The notes beneath the pieces were generated by a model. It saw nothing but the letters and a program-made list of their open reading frames with translations, was not told the origin of the DNA and ran no database searches. From the NCBI RefSeq assembly GCF_000143415.4, contig NW_003314331.1:1-64000 (forward strand): a stretch of DNA of 64,000 nt, in the 5' to 3' direction. Shown here piece by piece: positions 1 to 12,351 of the stretch (its first letter is position 1; each line of letters begins with the position of its first letter). Source of the DNA: Selaginella moellendorffii (taxonomy: Eukaryota > Plantae > Lycopodiophyta). The position numbers and the translations under genes were made by a program.

Positions 1-2
1 GA

Positions 3-3000
3 TTGAGTGGAGATTCATCTCAAGTATCCAATGAAGTTTTGGCTAGTCATGCTGGAGGCAACGATGAGCATAACAATGACGTGGATGTTGAGATGAACAC
101 TCAAATCGATGTTGGTTTTATTGAGGCTGTTGGTACTGGTGCTCTTGAGGCTGCAGGTACTGGTGGTGGGGTACTTGCATTTGATGTTGGCAATGGTGGG
201 GGTGCTGTGCCTTCGGTTGCTGAGGCTGTTCGCGGCCAGGTCGATGAACCAGCTGAGGACGTTATTGGTAGCGTTGTAGGTGGATCTACTACAGAGGCTA
301 CTGGGGGCATGGTAGCTGCTCCTACTGCTCCTCAGGCTGGTGGTGCAGGGGGAGCTAGTGGTGGTGAGGGATTATGCATGCATGATTCTGACACCATCTT
401 GAATGATCGTGTTCGGGACACGATTATCTAAGCTCAAGAACAGACAGTCAGTAAAGTGTTACAAGAAATGGCGTGGAATGGCCCTCATCGATTTCTAGTT
501 CCTTTGTGCCGATTGGTTCAAAGCCATTGGGTGCGCTCAGCTTACGACCTCAACATGGCTATCTACAGCTCCTTTGCCGAGGTCGGGTTTGGGAGCATAG
601 CTGGTACCTTCATCATTTCACCAACTTTCCCTGGAACCGGCCGGACAGAGTCAGTGACTACTAAACTTGAGGAAAAATGGGATCCTATATGGCTGCAAAA
701 GTCTTGTGAATTTGATGGATTCTTAGAACAACATGTGGAGACAGCAGGGTTCATTGGAAAGCTCTTTTGGGTGATCAATGGAAACCATAGGTGGCTGGCA
801 TTTTAGAAGTGCATTCAAGAGAAGTTCCGAGATGACAAAGAATGACACATTAGTGTTCCAGTCACATTTGTCGAACCAATGACTCGGGAGCATAGTATTA
901 CTGTGAAGCTCAACATGGCATGCCATAAGATCAACATGTAAAAATTTATTTTTTGTAAACTTAGCTAATATCATGTTTTTGCAGGCTAAACCAATTTGCA
1001 TTTCAAGCTCATACATTGGTATATGACATTAAGCACCTTTGATTTATTGGCATGCTCTCACTAGAGGAGGTCCAAACGTTGTACAATCATGAGGTATTTG
1101 AAGCAATTCGAGTGAAGCTAGCAACTAGGGAAGGCCAAGAATTGCAGACTTGGTACCAACTGCCACTTGATTTTCTAGTTGCTGTCTGGGCGAAGGTAAA
1201 TTAGTATTGAAGTATGTATCGACTTACATAATGTTTCTTGCAGCCCATAATCAAAGGAGAAAGAGCGTCATTCTTTAAAAATGCCTGAGGAGACAAGCAG
1301 CAGAAGGAGATGGAGTGGCATGCAATTGAGCAGCGAATTTTGAATACGAAGAGAACAAAGGTGAAAAATTTGCTCTCGATTGCAGACATACGACGCGGGC
1401 AAGAATGGCTTGATAGCATTGCCAAGATTTGTTCTTGCGTTCGTAAGTTCTTATAAAATTTGTGAAACACTTCATAACTCCTTGTATGTGTAGGAACTGG
1501 TAAAGCACTGGAGGAACTCATTTACAACATCTCCAAGAGTAAAATGTCCTTTGCTAAACAAAGTGTCTGCTTGGAACTTCTCAACACTTAGTTGCGAAAC
1601 AACGAAAAACGCTGCAAAATAAGGATGGAGAAGGTGATGAAGGAGAAGGCATACATTTCTCAGAGTATTGCCGCTGGTGAGGAGATGCTACAAGTCTGGG
1701 ATGAGAAGTTTCTTTCCAGCACCCACACAGGTATCACTCTCGAAGAATATATTCGTGCTTGTTTTGCGGAGCTAGGGAATGGTTGGCTTCCACGTGGTGG
1801 GACGAGTTCGGTTGAGTTCAAGAACCAACCAGGACAACCATTTCTTGCGAGGCACATGGTTTATAGGTATTTTTTCAATTCTCATTTATTGGTATTTATA
1901 TTCTTGTTTTACTTTGTAGATATTTAAAATATTGCCCTGGCGCACCGGTATACACAACCGGTGTTTTGCAGAAGCTCCTGACTAGAGGCAAGAAGCTTGG
2001 GATGTATGAGCTAGAGTTCTACTGTCCTTGTACACATGAGAGCGAGCTATGCCCATGGTACCTTGAACTCGTGGAGCAGATGCCAACATCGGACTTCGAG
2101 CTAGATCTCTACCTTGAATGTCATCCAGGTTCATTTGAAACTCAGCACTTAGCTAGGAAATATTAACCTTGAGTTATATTCTTATTTTCCAGAGGCTCTT
2201 TCTGACTATGATAACGACGTTGTTGAAGTTCAACAACTAAACCTAGAAGTCAGCACTTAGGAAACCATTCAGGAGATGCCAAATCCAAATACCGTTGAAC
2301 CAGAGGAAATTGTACAGGAAATTCCAGCACAAGAGATTCCAGTACCTGCTCCTCGCAACCCCCGAAGGGGCCGTCATGAAGCCTTTCATGAGAGTAAGGA
2401 CTTTGATTTGGAACATTCTTTTATTCATTCTTGACTTCACTTTCTTTTTTATAGATGTTGTAGAGAGCAACCATCAGTCTTTTCGGCGGACTAAGACATT
2501 CTTCCCATCCCTCCCTACAGCTACAAATGACGACCTAGAAGAGCTCTCCTCTACAGCAATGCATAAACAGGTTAGTAAGCATGAATTTTATCTTCAAGTT
2601 CTAATAGTTGATTTTCAGGTTCGCCCTCTATCCCCAATGGCCAGTGTTGGGGAAGTTGTTGTTCTCATTGGGGATTACACACAACTTTTAGATGCTACTA
2701 GTCGGGAGCTCTACATGCTTGATCGGTGGATCCATGGTTTGGGTCAGCTCACACCTTATGGGAAGATCGATTTCATCTTTTTTGATCTTCCCGATGGGAT
2801 GCCACCACCGCAGGGGGATACTCCATCATGGAATGTGTTGCAGGCCCAACACATTTCCCAAGCCTTAAAGGTTGTGAGTAGCTTCATGACATATGAGGGT
2901 GTGGTTGTCATGATCCTTCCTCGCTCTCTAATGTGGGAAGGCCTTCTCGCACACTTGGCTGACAACGATGATGGATTTGTTGAGTTTTCATCTGGCTGCC

Positions 3001-3716
3001 TTCTTTCGAGTATGGCGGTGGACACAAAAAGCACTAGCAGGCAGACGCGAAAGGTGTGTGACTTCTTTATTTATAAATTAACTCTGTTCTATTTTTTTTT
3101 CCAGATTTATTCCTGGAACTACCATGCTCTATGCCACATTGGGAACCAGCGTAATGCCACACGAGCTGACGAGTGTGCTGCTCTTGCTTTACCAGGATAT
3201 GACAGCTCTACAGACATCATCCCAAATGTGATTGACTCGGATGTTCTTCACCCAGCGTTCCCTGGTTATCGACATCGTTCGGTCACGGCCATGCAAATCT
3301 TGTTGGAGTTATTCTGTCCGCCAAAGGGGATTGTGCTTGATGCTACAGCAGGATTTGGATCAATGGTGCAAGCAGCAAAAGAGACAGGCCGAGCGGTTTT
3401 TGCACTTGAGAAGGAGGGTGCCTTTGAGGACATTCTTAGGAGATTTTGCGACAGGTGATGTTAGTGCTTGAAATAATCTATAATATTTATTCTCAAATGT
3501 TTCTATTTTATTAGGTCTACATTTATCACACACAGTGTTTCAGTCCACACACTTGATCTTGATGATATGGATGATCATATGGACCGAAGTCAATTCCACT
3601 TACCTATTTATGCTGAACGTATGGCACAACATTACATACAACACGAGCCTATAGTGAAGGAGCATTCCACTATACCCATTTCTACTTTTCTGGATATGGA
3701 AGCAGAAGAAGATTGA
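3..3716 (+). pseudogene. Multi-exon gene (5' end may lie outside the window): ParB/Srx-like domain plus C-terminal beta-class N4C/N6A DNA methyltransferase domain; this copy has premature stops
   Basis: ParB-like segment LVPLCRLVQSHWVR..IYSSFAEVGF..LFWVINGNHRWLAF (about 489-803). MTase motifs in beta order: VVLIGDYTQLL, motif IV IDFIFFDLPDG (DLPD at 2784-2795), SFMTYEGVVVMIL, then QILLELFCPPKGIVLDATAGFGSMVQAAKETGRAVFALEKE (motif I at 3333-3359). GT-AG introns include 3054-3104 and 3455-3514. The last exon ends FLDMEAEED* (stop 3714-3716). In-frame stops TAA 429-431, TAG 804-806 and TGA 843-845 are each one transition from a sense codon. Confidence 0.7.
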
Positions 3717-3784
3717 ATATATTCTGATTTTAATATAAATTATATTGTTTAATATATTATTTTCTTTTTTTGTAGACTAAGAGA

Positions 3785-3885
3785 TTAGTTCATGTCGAAC
3801 CAATAATCTATATGAGCTTATGGAATACCTTAAACACCTAGATTTTATGTTAAAAATTCTTGGTTCGGGACGAACTAAGGTAGTG
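3785..3885. mobile_element. Putative 3' terminus of a CACTA (En/Spm)-type DNA transposon
   Basis: Sequence ends ...CGAACTAAGGTAGTG at 3885 (reverse complement CACTACC...). A 22-bp subterminal inverted pair at 3785-3806 and 3857-3878 matches at 18/22. It lies 170 bp after the MTase gene stop. The other end is not in the window. Confidence 0.4.
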
Positions 3886-4889
3886 CCATTAAACTTTCGC
3901 TAGTTAGGGGATTGTATTGACTTCCTTTTACTTTCGTTGACTTTCATTGACTTGAGCTCAGCTCAAAAACTACCCAGCCCCATCCCAAGAAAACAAAAGT
4001 CGTGATGTAACACACTAAGGACACAATAAGCAAGGCATTATACCTATGAAGTGTGCATCTTGTTTGGATCAGTAAATGGTCATTTCCTTCTCTTGCCTCC
4101 CTGTTCTAGCAATGCAAAATTTGTTTTTGCCCCACAGCTCTAGTGATGGTCTCACCTTTGATAGAAAATAGAGTTCTTGGGTGATTCGTAAAGAAACGAG
4201 GAGGAACATTACCAGAACTGACTCTCTTTAGCAATCCATGCAGCATTCCAGTTGTATGTCGAGAGTCTTCTTGCCAGAAGAACAAAAAAACTATGGTTAT
4301 AAATCCAAGAAAAAAGCACTAGATTTACAATCAACATCCACAATGTCATTAGGAAGAAGGATGAGGTAAAGCACAGTGAGACTAAACCAAATGATAAGAG
4401 CTTGATCATTCAGTTGCCACAATGCCAAAAGTCCTTGTGATTGCTTTTGTACTTCCCAAAGCTCATGCATAAAACAACTTGTGTGCCAAACAAATCCTTG
4501 CTAGGCGAGTAAGGGAAGTGATTGATCCCTGCCATAAGTGAAAAAAAGTAGGTGTTGTCACAAGAACTTATATGGGATTTTCTGACATGAGGTCATGTAG
4601 CATCCATGTGAGCAGCAATATGGAGAGCACAAAGAGGCTGCAATACCTAATTCTTGTTGATCGGCGAGAGATGCTACTCACTAATACATCACAAGCCTGA
4701 CAAGTGTAAGCCATGCAGCCAGACACTAGACAAGATTTCACCCACATCACCACGTGCTCACTGGATCAAGAAGCAAAACCTTAGAATTTAATTACATTGT
4801 CCCTCTTAGATTTTATGCAAAGGATTTATCTCTACTGTTTGAAATTGGATTTCCTATTAGGAAAGTTTATAAATTATAAACATGTTCAA

Positions 4890-5255
4890 ACTATGGTGCT
4901 CAAGGAATATGGCAGCACATGGATCTTCAGCGAGGAAGGATCACCCATGGCAATGCGATCCAATCCAATGTGGCAGCATGACCAGATCTTTGATGCCATG
5001 CCCAGCCGGAATCTCATCTCTTGGAGCACTCTCATGCTAGGATACCTGCAGAATGGGGAACCCAACCTCATGCTGGGACTGTTCAGCACTGCACCAATTT
5101 GCTGGATTGATTGACTATCCTCATAGCATTTATAGTCTGCTGGAATATGGCTGCCAATCGCTAATTTGAGAAAGAGCTGCTTGGAAAAAGGGGCAGAAAT
5201 CCATTACCTGGCTGGGAAGAATGGATTGGAAGAAGATATCTTCGTGGTGAACAAT
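4890..5255 (+). pseudogene. PLS-type PPR gene remnant
   Basis: QIFDAMPSRNLISWSTLMLGYLQNGEP and GAEIHYLAGKNGLEEDIFVVN, with stops and frameshifts. Confidence 0.6.
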
Positions 5256-7149
5256 CATTCAACTTCTATTTACATAATCTTTCACGTCAAAATATATAAT
5301 TACTTTTACAACAATTAGCAAGTACTTTTGAGTGGTCTTTCCAAATATGCTGAACATTTTACTTCTTAAAAATGTCTATATATTTCATAATATCAAACTA
5401 TAAATAAATAATTCTATGTACCACAGAATTATTCATTAATATGATATCATCAACATTAACTAATATAACAACTACCTCAATATCTTGTTGTACATATGTT
5501 TGTGAAATTTTTTATTCTAATTTTGTTTTAAAAAAATTTATCTTATCTTTATATGAATTGTGCACATTGTTATTATAAATTTTTTAAACAAGTTTATAGT
5601 ATTTAGAAAGCATACAAAAGTAATTTAATACCAGTATATTCAATAAATTGACTAAAATAAAACATCAAAATTATATTTTTGATAGTTTGAGAATATTGAT
5701 AATATGAAAAAAACAATTCTTGAAGACCTCTAAAAATATATTCGATTTTAGTACCTCTATAATAAGAATATTTTCTAAATCATTACGAGTTATAGATTAT
5801 TATGAGATTAGCAGTTTCTACAACATCCATCTTTAAAAATAATATAAATCGCTGCAGTAATTATGTTGCTTTTTTAAGGTTATTATGAAAATATATTTTA
5901 TATTTTACATAATACAATATCTTAATAATTGTATTGCATTGTATTTAATAAAACAAAATATTTCTTACACTTAGAAGGAAGCACTGGTTCTTGCAATAAA
6001 AAATAATTCATGTAGATAGATATTTATAAGAACTAGTTTGATAATTTTCATTTTTATCTTCTTTAAAATCTAGGTTTCAACAATCTCATCTATAATACCA
6101 GAGAATGATAAAGTACTGAAAAATAAAACTTAACTCACAAATGATAATCCTGATAAAACAAAATATATTTTTAAAATGGAAATACAAAATAAATAAACAT
6201 ATTTCTATTATATATTAAAAATGTATTGTATTAATATCAATATATTATCATATACAAAATATGTTATTATTATATGTACATAGTAATGTGCAAGATTTAT
6301 ATTTGAAACTAAAAGTTTAACATTTTTATATCTAAGTAAATTTATAATAATGAGCATTAAGTTAAAATTAAAACTATTTGAGAAAAATAATATTAATACC
6401 TATAATATTAAACATTGTTATTCTATTAATGATTTATTTTCTTAAATTATTAAATAATTATTACATTAATATCAAAATATTTATATATTAGTTCAAACAT
6501 AATAATTAGTTAATGTAAACTATAAATTTTTCCTTTCCAATTTGCTAGTTTACCTCGTTTATCCGACCACCATGGCCTTGACCTTAGTTAAGTTCCCTCG
6601 CCAAGGTTCCCACTTATTGTACTACATCTTACTTGGTCGTATTTAGTTTTAGCAACTAACTACATAAGCAACAGAGTGTTATCCATCCATCCACGAATTC
6701 CCAAATCTCTTCCAATCCCCCTCCCTAGGTTAGATTAGACTTAAAGTTCGGCTACACTCCCCACAGGCATAAGCAACTAAGCACACCAAACTTCCAAATT
6801 TTTAACATCCCTTAATACAACAAAATTTGATCATAAGACCCTCTAAATCCCAAGCCTTAAATGTAACATTTGCTTCAAGACACTAGGTGGAAACACCATA
6901 GCCTAACGGCCTAGTATAGATATTTTTACTCCCCCACTCCCATCCCAAAGGGAAGGCCCAAGCCTCTAGAAAAGGCAAAGATTAATGAGCCATAAGGTAC
7001 TTAAGTGGGGCACCACTCCACATGAACCGAGAGCACCACAGTTGGTTTCCTTTTCGAAAGTGGGAATTGCTCTTGAGCACTTCTTGAGATGGCTCCTCTG
7101 GCACCACCCAAGTCCATGCTCACTCTCACCCAAGGCCCTTCTACCCTAG

Positions 7150-7435
7150 TCTCAACCTCAAGTCAGTTTAGAAACACCACTGACTCGACTTGTATTAATA
7201 CTTGGACTCAGTCTCAGACTTGATCTCGAATTCAGTCTTGGACCCGACCTTGGACTCAGTCTCAGACTAGACCTTGGACTCGACCACGGGCTTGTTCTCA
7301 GACCCAATCTCATATCTCAGATCTCAGACTCTGTCTCGAACTCGGTCTCGGAGTCAGCCTCAGACTCAATCTCGAACTCTATCTTGAACTTGGTTTTAAA
7401 GTCGGTCTTGGACTCGATCTTAGACTTGGTCCCAT
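7150..7435 (-). repeat. Degenerate 6-bp-periodic repeat tract (GAGTCC/GAGACC-like on the minus strand) in TE-like DNA
   Basis: Repeated tcagtc/ttggac/tcgatc/tcagac units. Same type of tract as 31540-31775 and 33582-33745, in opposite orientation. Confidence 0.6.
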
Positions 7436-8165
7436 CTGATGAACTTTTTATCATTTCGGTTATGCTTTCAGGAATCCTTTGACCTATGACACATCGGGGA
7501 GTTGCTTCCTTACATTTAGTTAAAACATAGTAGTTATATTAGGATTGAGTAATTATATTAAGTTAGTAAGACTCATTAGGTCTCCTTTATTGAAATTTTT
7601 CCATGCTTACAACTAGTTATATGAAGAATATTTATGACTTATTTTATGTTCTACAATTATTTATAAACATTAATATTTAGAAGAATTTTACTTCATTTAT
7701 CTATATATTTATATTATGGGAAAAAATGAAAGTATGACATGTTGGTACTATAAGTGCAATGTGCTGGATGATGTGACTACAAAGAATTTACAAACCCTAA
7801 TTGTCTTCTAAGAAAGTGCTTAATCCTATCAAGGATTTATGGAATTGTATTATAAATTTCTTTCCTTTCATATGTATTCTTTTTAAAAGTTAAAAAACAT
7901 ACCTATTGCATTTAGTCTCTTGAAGTGTTATATATAATAATAATATTTTCTCCAAAACTTTTATCATTTTAAGGATCAAGAAATAAAGGAAAAATAAACT
8001 AAAAAAATACATTATTAAGGTAAAAAAAATTAATTACATCAAATCAACATGAGTATACAATTGTGTATAAAAATAATTGATAGGAATTTCATTATAATAT
8101 TTAGTGTCAGTAATGTATTACTCAGATTCTCTAACTAATTGTAAAAACATACTATGAAAATGTTT

Positions 8166-8265
8166 NNNNNNNNNNNNNNNNNNNNNNNNNNNNNNNNNNN
8201 NNNNNNNNNNNNNNNNNNNNNNNNNNNNNNNNNNNNNNNNNNNNNNNNNNNNNNNNNNNNNNNNN
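8166..8265. other. Assembly gap (100 N)
   Basis: Run of 100 n characters. Confidence 1.
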
Positions 8266-9919
8266 AACCAGATAATTGAGAATCTGAAGCAAGAAAGAAA
8301 CTATAATAGAGATTGCTACAGTTTTGAATGTAAAAATATCATTTTCTGAAAAAGAAATTTTTTTATGTTTAAAGAAATATTTGGTGATATATAAATCTAA
8401 AACATATAATACTTAAAGATATCTAAAATATAATATTATAATTAAGGATATACATAACTAAAAATAATTCCTTAGATTAATTTATATCTTTAAAATTAAA
8501 GTTTTCTACAATGTCAATCCTAGATTTTATGGTAGTCTCACATTTATATATTAATTTTATAATAGTATTTTAGAAATCAGTTGCTATAAATGTCTTATAA
8601 ATCTATAATCAATTTTATTATAATTAAAAAAGTATTTAAGTATAATTATATTTTTCTTGTATATGAAAATATGAGATATAATGTTTTAATTTTAATTGTT
8701 ATGTTCATTTAAAGCTGCATAAAATACAATTCATTATACAAGAAATTGAAAAAGTATGGATGATTAAAATTAATAATAACACTTTTATTACAAATGATAA
8801 GCTTAATACAGAAATGATTGTTTTTTAAAAAGGAAACACAAAATAAAATTATAATATTTTTTAAATATTATTATAGTATTAAAAGTATCATATAAAAACT
8901 ATTATAATCTTATAATACAAATAGTAAGTTTAAGTATGTAAGTTACTATTACCTATATACTCGGTAACTTTAATGTCGAAGATATTAACTATTTTAAAAT
9001 TAAAATTAAAATTAAAATATTTATTTTATTATATATTTATTTTAATATGAAACAATATTAAATATATTACTATATAAAAATATAATAATAATACTATTTA
9101 AGTAGTAATGTGCTTTAATATTTCTTATAGTTATAAAGTTTTGTATTTTATATAGTTATTAAAATTATATACTTTTTGTTTTATATACTTGCAAATGTTG
9201 TCTTTGCAATAGTGCCAATAATATTCATGTATCTCATTGTAAAAGAATCTTAATTCAAACTTGATAATTTTTAAAAAGCACATGGTACAGATTTATATCC
9301 TATCGTATTTAAAATTCTGACAAACCTATTTATTCTAGCACGTTATATTTGTTTATAATCATGTTCTTCTTTAGATAATTTATGTTTTTTATAATTTAAT
9401 TATTTTTTATTTTTTATTTTTTATTTTTTAGATTTTTAGCTATATATGATTTAGAATCCATTTTATAAAGACAATCTTATAAAAAATTGTTACAAGTTTC
9501 AAACTTTAATAAAGCTTTTGAGATCATAACTTCCATAAGATTTTATAATCATAACTACTAGCATGATATGACTAATTATAATAATGAACTGGAAGCATGT
9601 TGGTGATGGAGTGCTCCCTAAAAAGTCTCACAAGTCATGGAGCATAATAAGTGGCTTCAAATTTTGCAGTGGAATCATCTAGGAAGCAAATGACACAAGA
9701 GTGATGTCAGGCATTTGTGCTCTTAATTTCGTTAGTTACTTTAAGAGTGTGTTCTTGGTGATTGTTTTAGTCCCTTTGGGACATGGGGTAATGTATATAT
9801 ACATTTATCAAGCATAATCTTTGATTTCTATGGCCAATGGCTATAGGTGTTCAGAAAAAACTATAAGTTCGGAACAGGCAACGTAAAAAAGAGACAGACC
9901 ATTCTAGTATTGTTAGTCG

Positions 9920-11420
9920 CAGGTGTATTTTATGGATAACCAGATTTGGTAATTCTATCTCTGTCACAGACACGAACTTTAAGTATGCTGCGATCAAGAT
10001 TAGTTCTCAGTTTAAGAAAGTTCTTCCCAGCTGTTGAGACTTTACGCGAAAAATCTTATAGAGCACTAAGAAAGTCACGAGGAAAGAACTCGTTAAAATC
10101 TAAATAGATTTTGAAGGATCCAGAAAGGGCTTGATCTAATAACTTGCAGTGAAATATGACCATGGTAGGCTGTACCAGAGGTTAGAAAGAAAAATCAAAC
10201 AAACGAAGCTATAAGGAAGAAACTTACCTACCTGATTCTTTGCGCCACGCAAACGAGGAAAAAAATTAGCTCATTTGTTACGAGATACAAGATAACAGCT
10301 ACCAAAGCCAGTTCTCGTCAGTCCTGTTGCATGTTCGCTGGACGAAGCTGCCCGGAAGGATCAGGATCCCAAAAGCGAATACAGAGCCTGTGGCGTGTTG
10401 GTATCTGGTTATAAAACACATCAAAAGTCGGGGCACAGAAGACAAATCTTAAACACTGAACATAAACAACGTTTTATGAAGGCCAACCAGACAAGTTTTC
10501 ACCTGAAGCTAGAGGATAAAATAGCTATGCCGAAGCAATCGAGCTTCTATTAACAGCTTGGTTTTCGAGGTAAAAATCTTGCTAGCTGCAAGAAACACAA
10601 ACAGTAGGCCTTTGAAGATAATGAAGTATGAAACCACGCACCTTTGAATGTACTTCTTTGGCTGGTCCAAAAAAAAACAAATTCATCATCTTTTCGCATA
10701 GGACAGCCCAAGTTTTAGACCTGCACGTCGAGCTGTTAGAACTTCCAAGTGTCCATGTACAAACCAAAACTATTCGTTCAAATCATCATAATTTCGCCAA
10801 GAAGATGTCTTACTCTCTTTCTCCTGCAAATACGTCAAAGAGCAGTAGAAAAAACCAAAGCTCACATACTCGAGAATCACGTTGTAAATATGAGTCACGA
10901 CATTTCCGGAAAGCCTCGTCCTTGCTCCCATAGCGGCATCAAGCGGAAGGATGTTGTAGTGCTTAATGTCCTTCTTGGTCACATCAGAGTTCATAGCTTG
11001 CATCTGCACAAAAAGAAAACTATTTGCGAAAACTTAAACAACAAAAAGAAACAATACTTTACATCCGCTCCGTCTTGCCTTGTTACAGAGATGAGTACGT
11101 CAAACAAAATATAAACTGTCTGATAAGCTTTCGCACCTGTTAATCCAAATCACATCAAAACTTAATTGTATTTAAATTCATCCGATGATCGGCCTCCAAA
11201 GCCGTGCTCCTAATAGTTTTGGTAGAAGTGTTGCATCTCCCGCGTGGACACTTCTATACGATGGGATGTTGCAGGCTCTCTGTGCCGCAATAGAGAGCTC
11301 CTTTGACAGCCAGTTCCATGGTATGACTGCGCTCCAGATAGATCAAGGCATCGATCTTGGGCAACGTTCGGGTTGCTAACCGGATCAAAGACGCACAGGT
11401 TGACAGGCAACGATAACAAC
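9920..11420 (-). pseudogene. Callose synthase (GSL/CalS) pseudogene, heavily deleted
   Basis: Conserved CalS segments in correct order on the minus strand: STREMQHFYQNY*E, KKDIKHYNILPLDAA, SSWRNYDDLNE*FW, then a frameshifted GCPMRKDDEF (cf. GWPM..D.DF). Stops and frameshifts throughout; about 1.5 kb versus a normal CDS of roughly 6 kb. Confidence 0.75.
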
Positions 11421-11562
11421 ACCTTACACGGTTTGTCTTCAAATCTCGCAAAAGTAAAAGAAAACTGTGAGCTAACGAGAGCGAAGCAATCACAGGAGGA
11501 TTTATCGGCTATAACAACATACTCTGACGGTCTCGTGTAGTCTCAAAGGATCCTTCTTCGCC

Positions 11563-11800
11563 GTTTGTCCAGTTTATCCTGTACAGCTACAACACCGAGC
11601 AAGGTAAAAACCTGCAGAGCACGAGTGAGAAGCAAAGTAAAACAAGAAAACTTCCTTGTGGGATTTCCTGGCGACATAGACGTGTCTGTAACTTATACCT
11701 TGTCCGGCGAAAAAGAGCTGAGGGTGGAGCTAGTCGCGTCCACCAGGAACAAGATGACACCAGTGAGCTTGGTTCATCACAGCTACTGGTCGGCCACTCC
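11563..11800 (+). pseudogene. Aldose 1-epimerase (galactose mutarotase) gene fragment
   Basis: GFPGDIDVSVTYTLSGEKELRVELVASTRNKMTPVSLVHHSYW matches the GFPG..TYTL..NK.TPVNL..H.YWNL block. Isolated fragment with a degraded splice acceptor. Confidence 0.75.
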
Positions 11801-12351
11801 CTGATGTATTTTGCTCTTGTGCAAATTTCTCTCTAGCTATTCTTTTTTTATTTTTTTGCTTCCTGCTGCTTCTGTGTTCTTTGCATTGGCAAACGGCTCC
11901 TGAACAGGAAGGGAAACACAAAAATCCAGACCTTCCCCCGTGGCGGATTCCTCGACCAGTCGAAGAAGGATCTATAGAACCGGCCTACCAAGCCACGACA
12001 ATGTCGATAAGCAAAGATCGCTACACAAAACTTACAAAGACAAGCCATTGCTCACGGCGATAGACTGTCGGATCTCTAGTCCGATAGATGGATCCAAAAC
12101 TTGCAGCATTCGTGAACTCCTCTCGCCGAGGTGCCATTCTAGCGCCAAAACCCCAGGGTTCATAAACTCCTCGTCAGCATCCACACTGGCATTACACGTA
12201 ACAAGTGGTAAGTGACGCGTTTGTCCGCGTAAGCTTGTTAAGAGTAACTGCTAATGGTTAAAGGTTGCTAAAAGCTACAGACTTGCAACAAAAAGACAAA
12301 GCTTCCGCATCTTCGCGGGACATGAAAGTCCCTGAACAACGCGCTGCTTTG

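Noticed and set aside
1-3716. Bacterial contamination as the source of the MTase
   Set aside because: The gene has multiple canonical short plant-type introns and is contiguous with a plant PPR remnant before the assembly gap.
4060-4760. Possible minus-strand spliced membrane-protein remnant
   Set aside because: Exon-like pieces have stops and I could not assign a family.
5260-9580. Very AT-rich tracts flanking the gap
   Set aside because: No coding, RNA-gene or terminal-repeat structure discernible beyond the repeat tract at 7150-7435. Probably decayed TE sequence.
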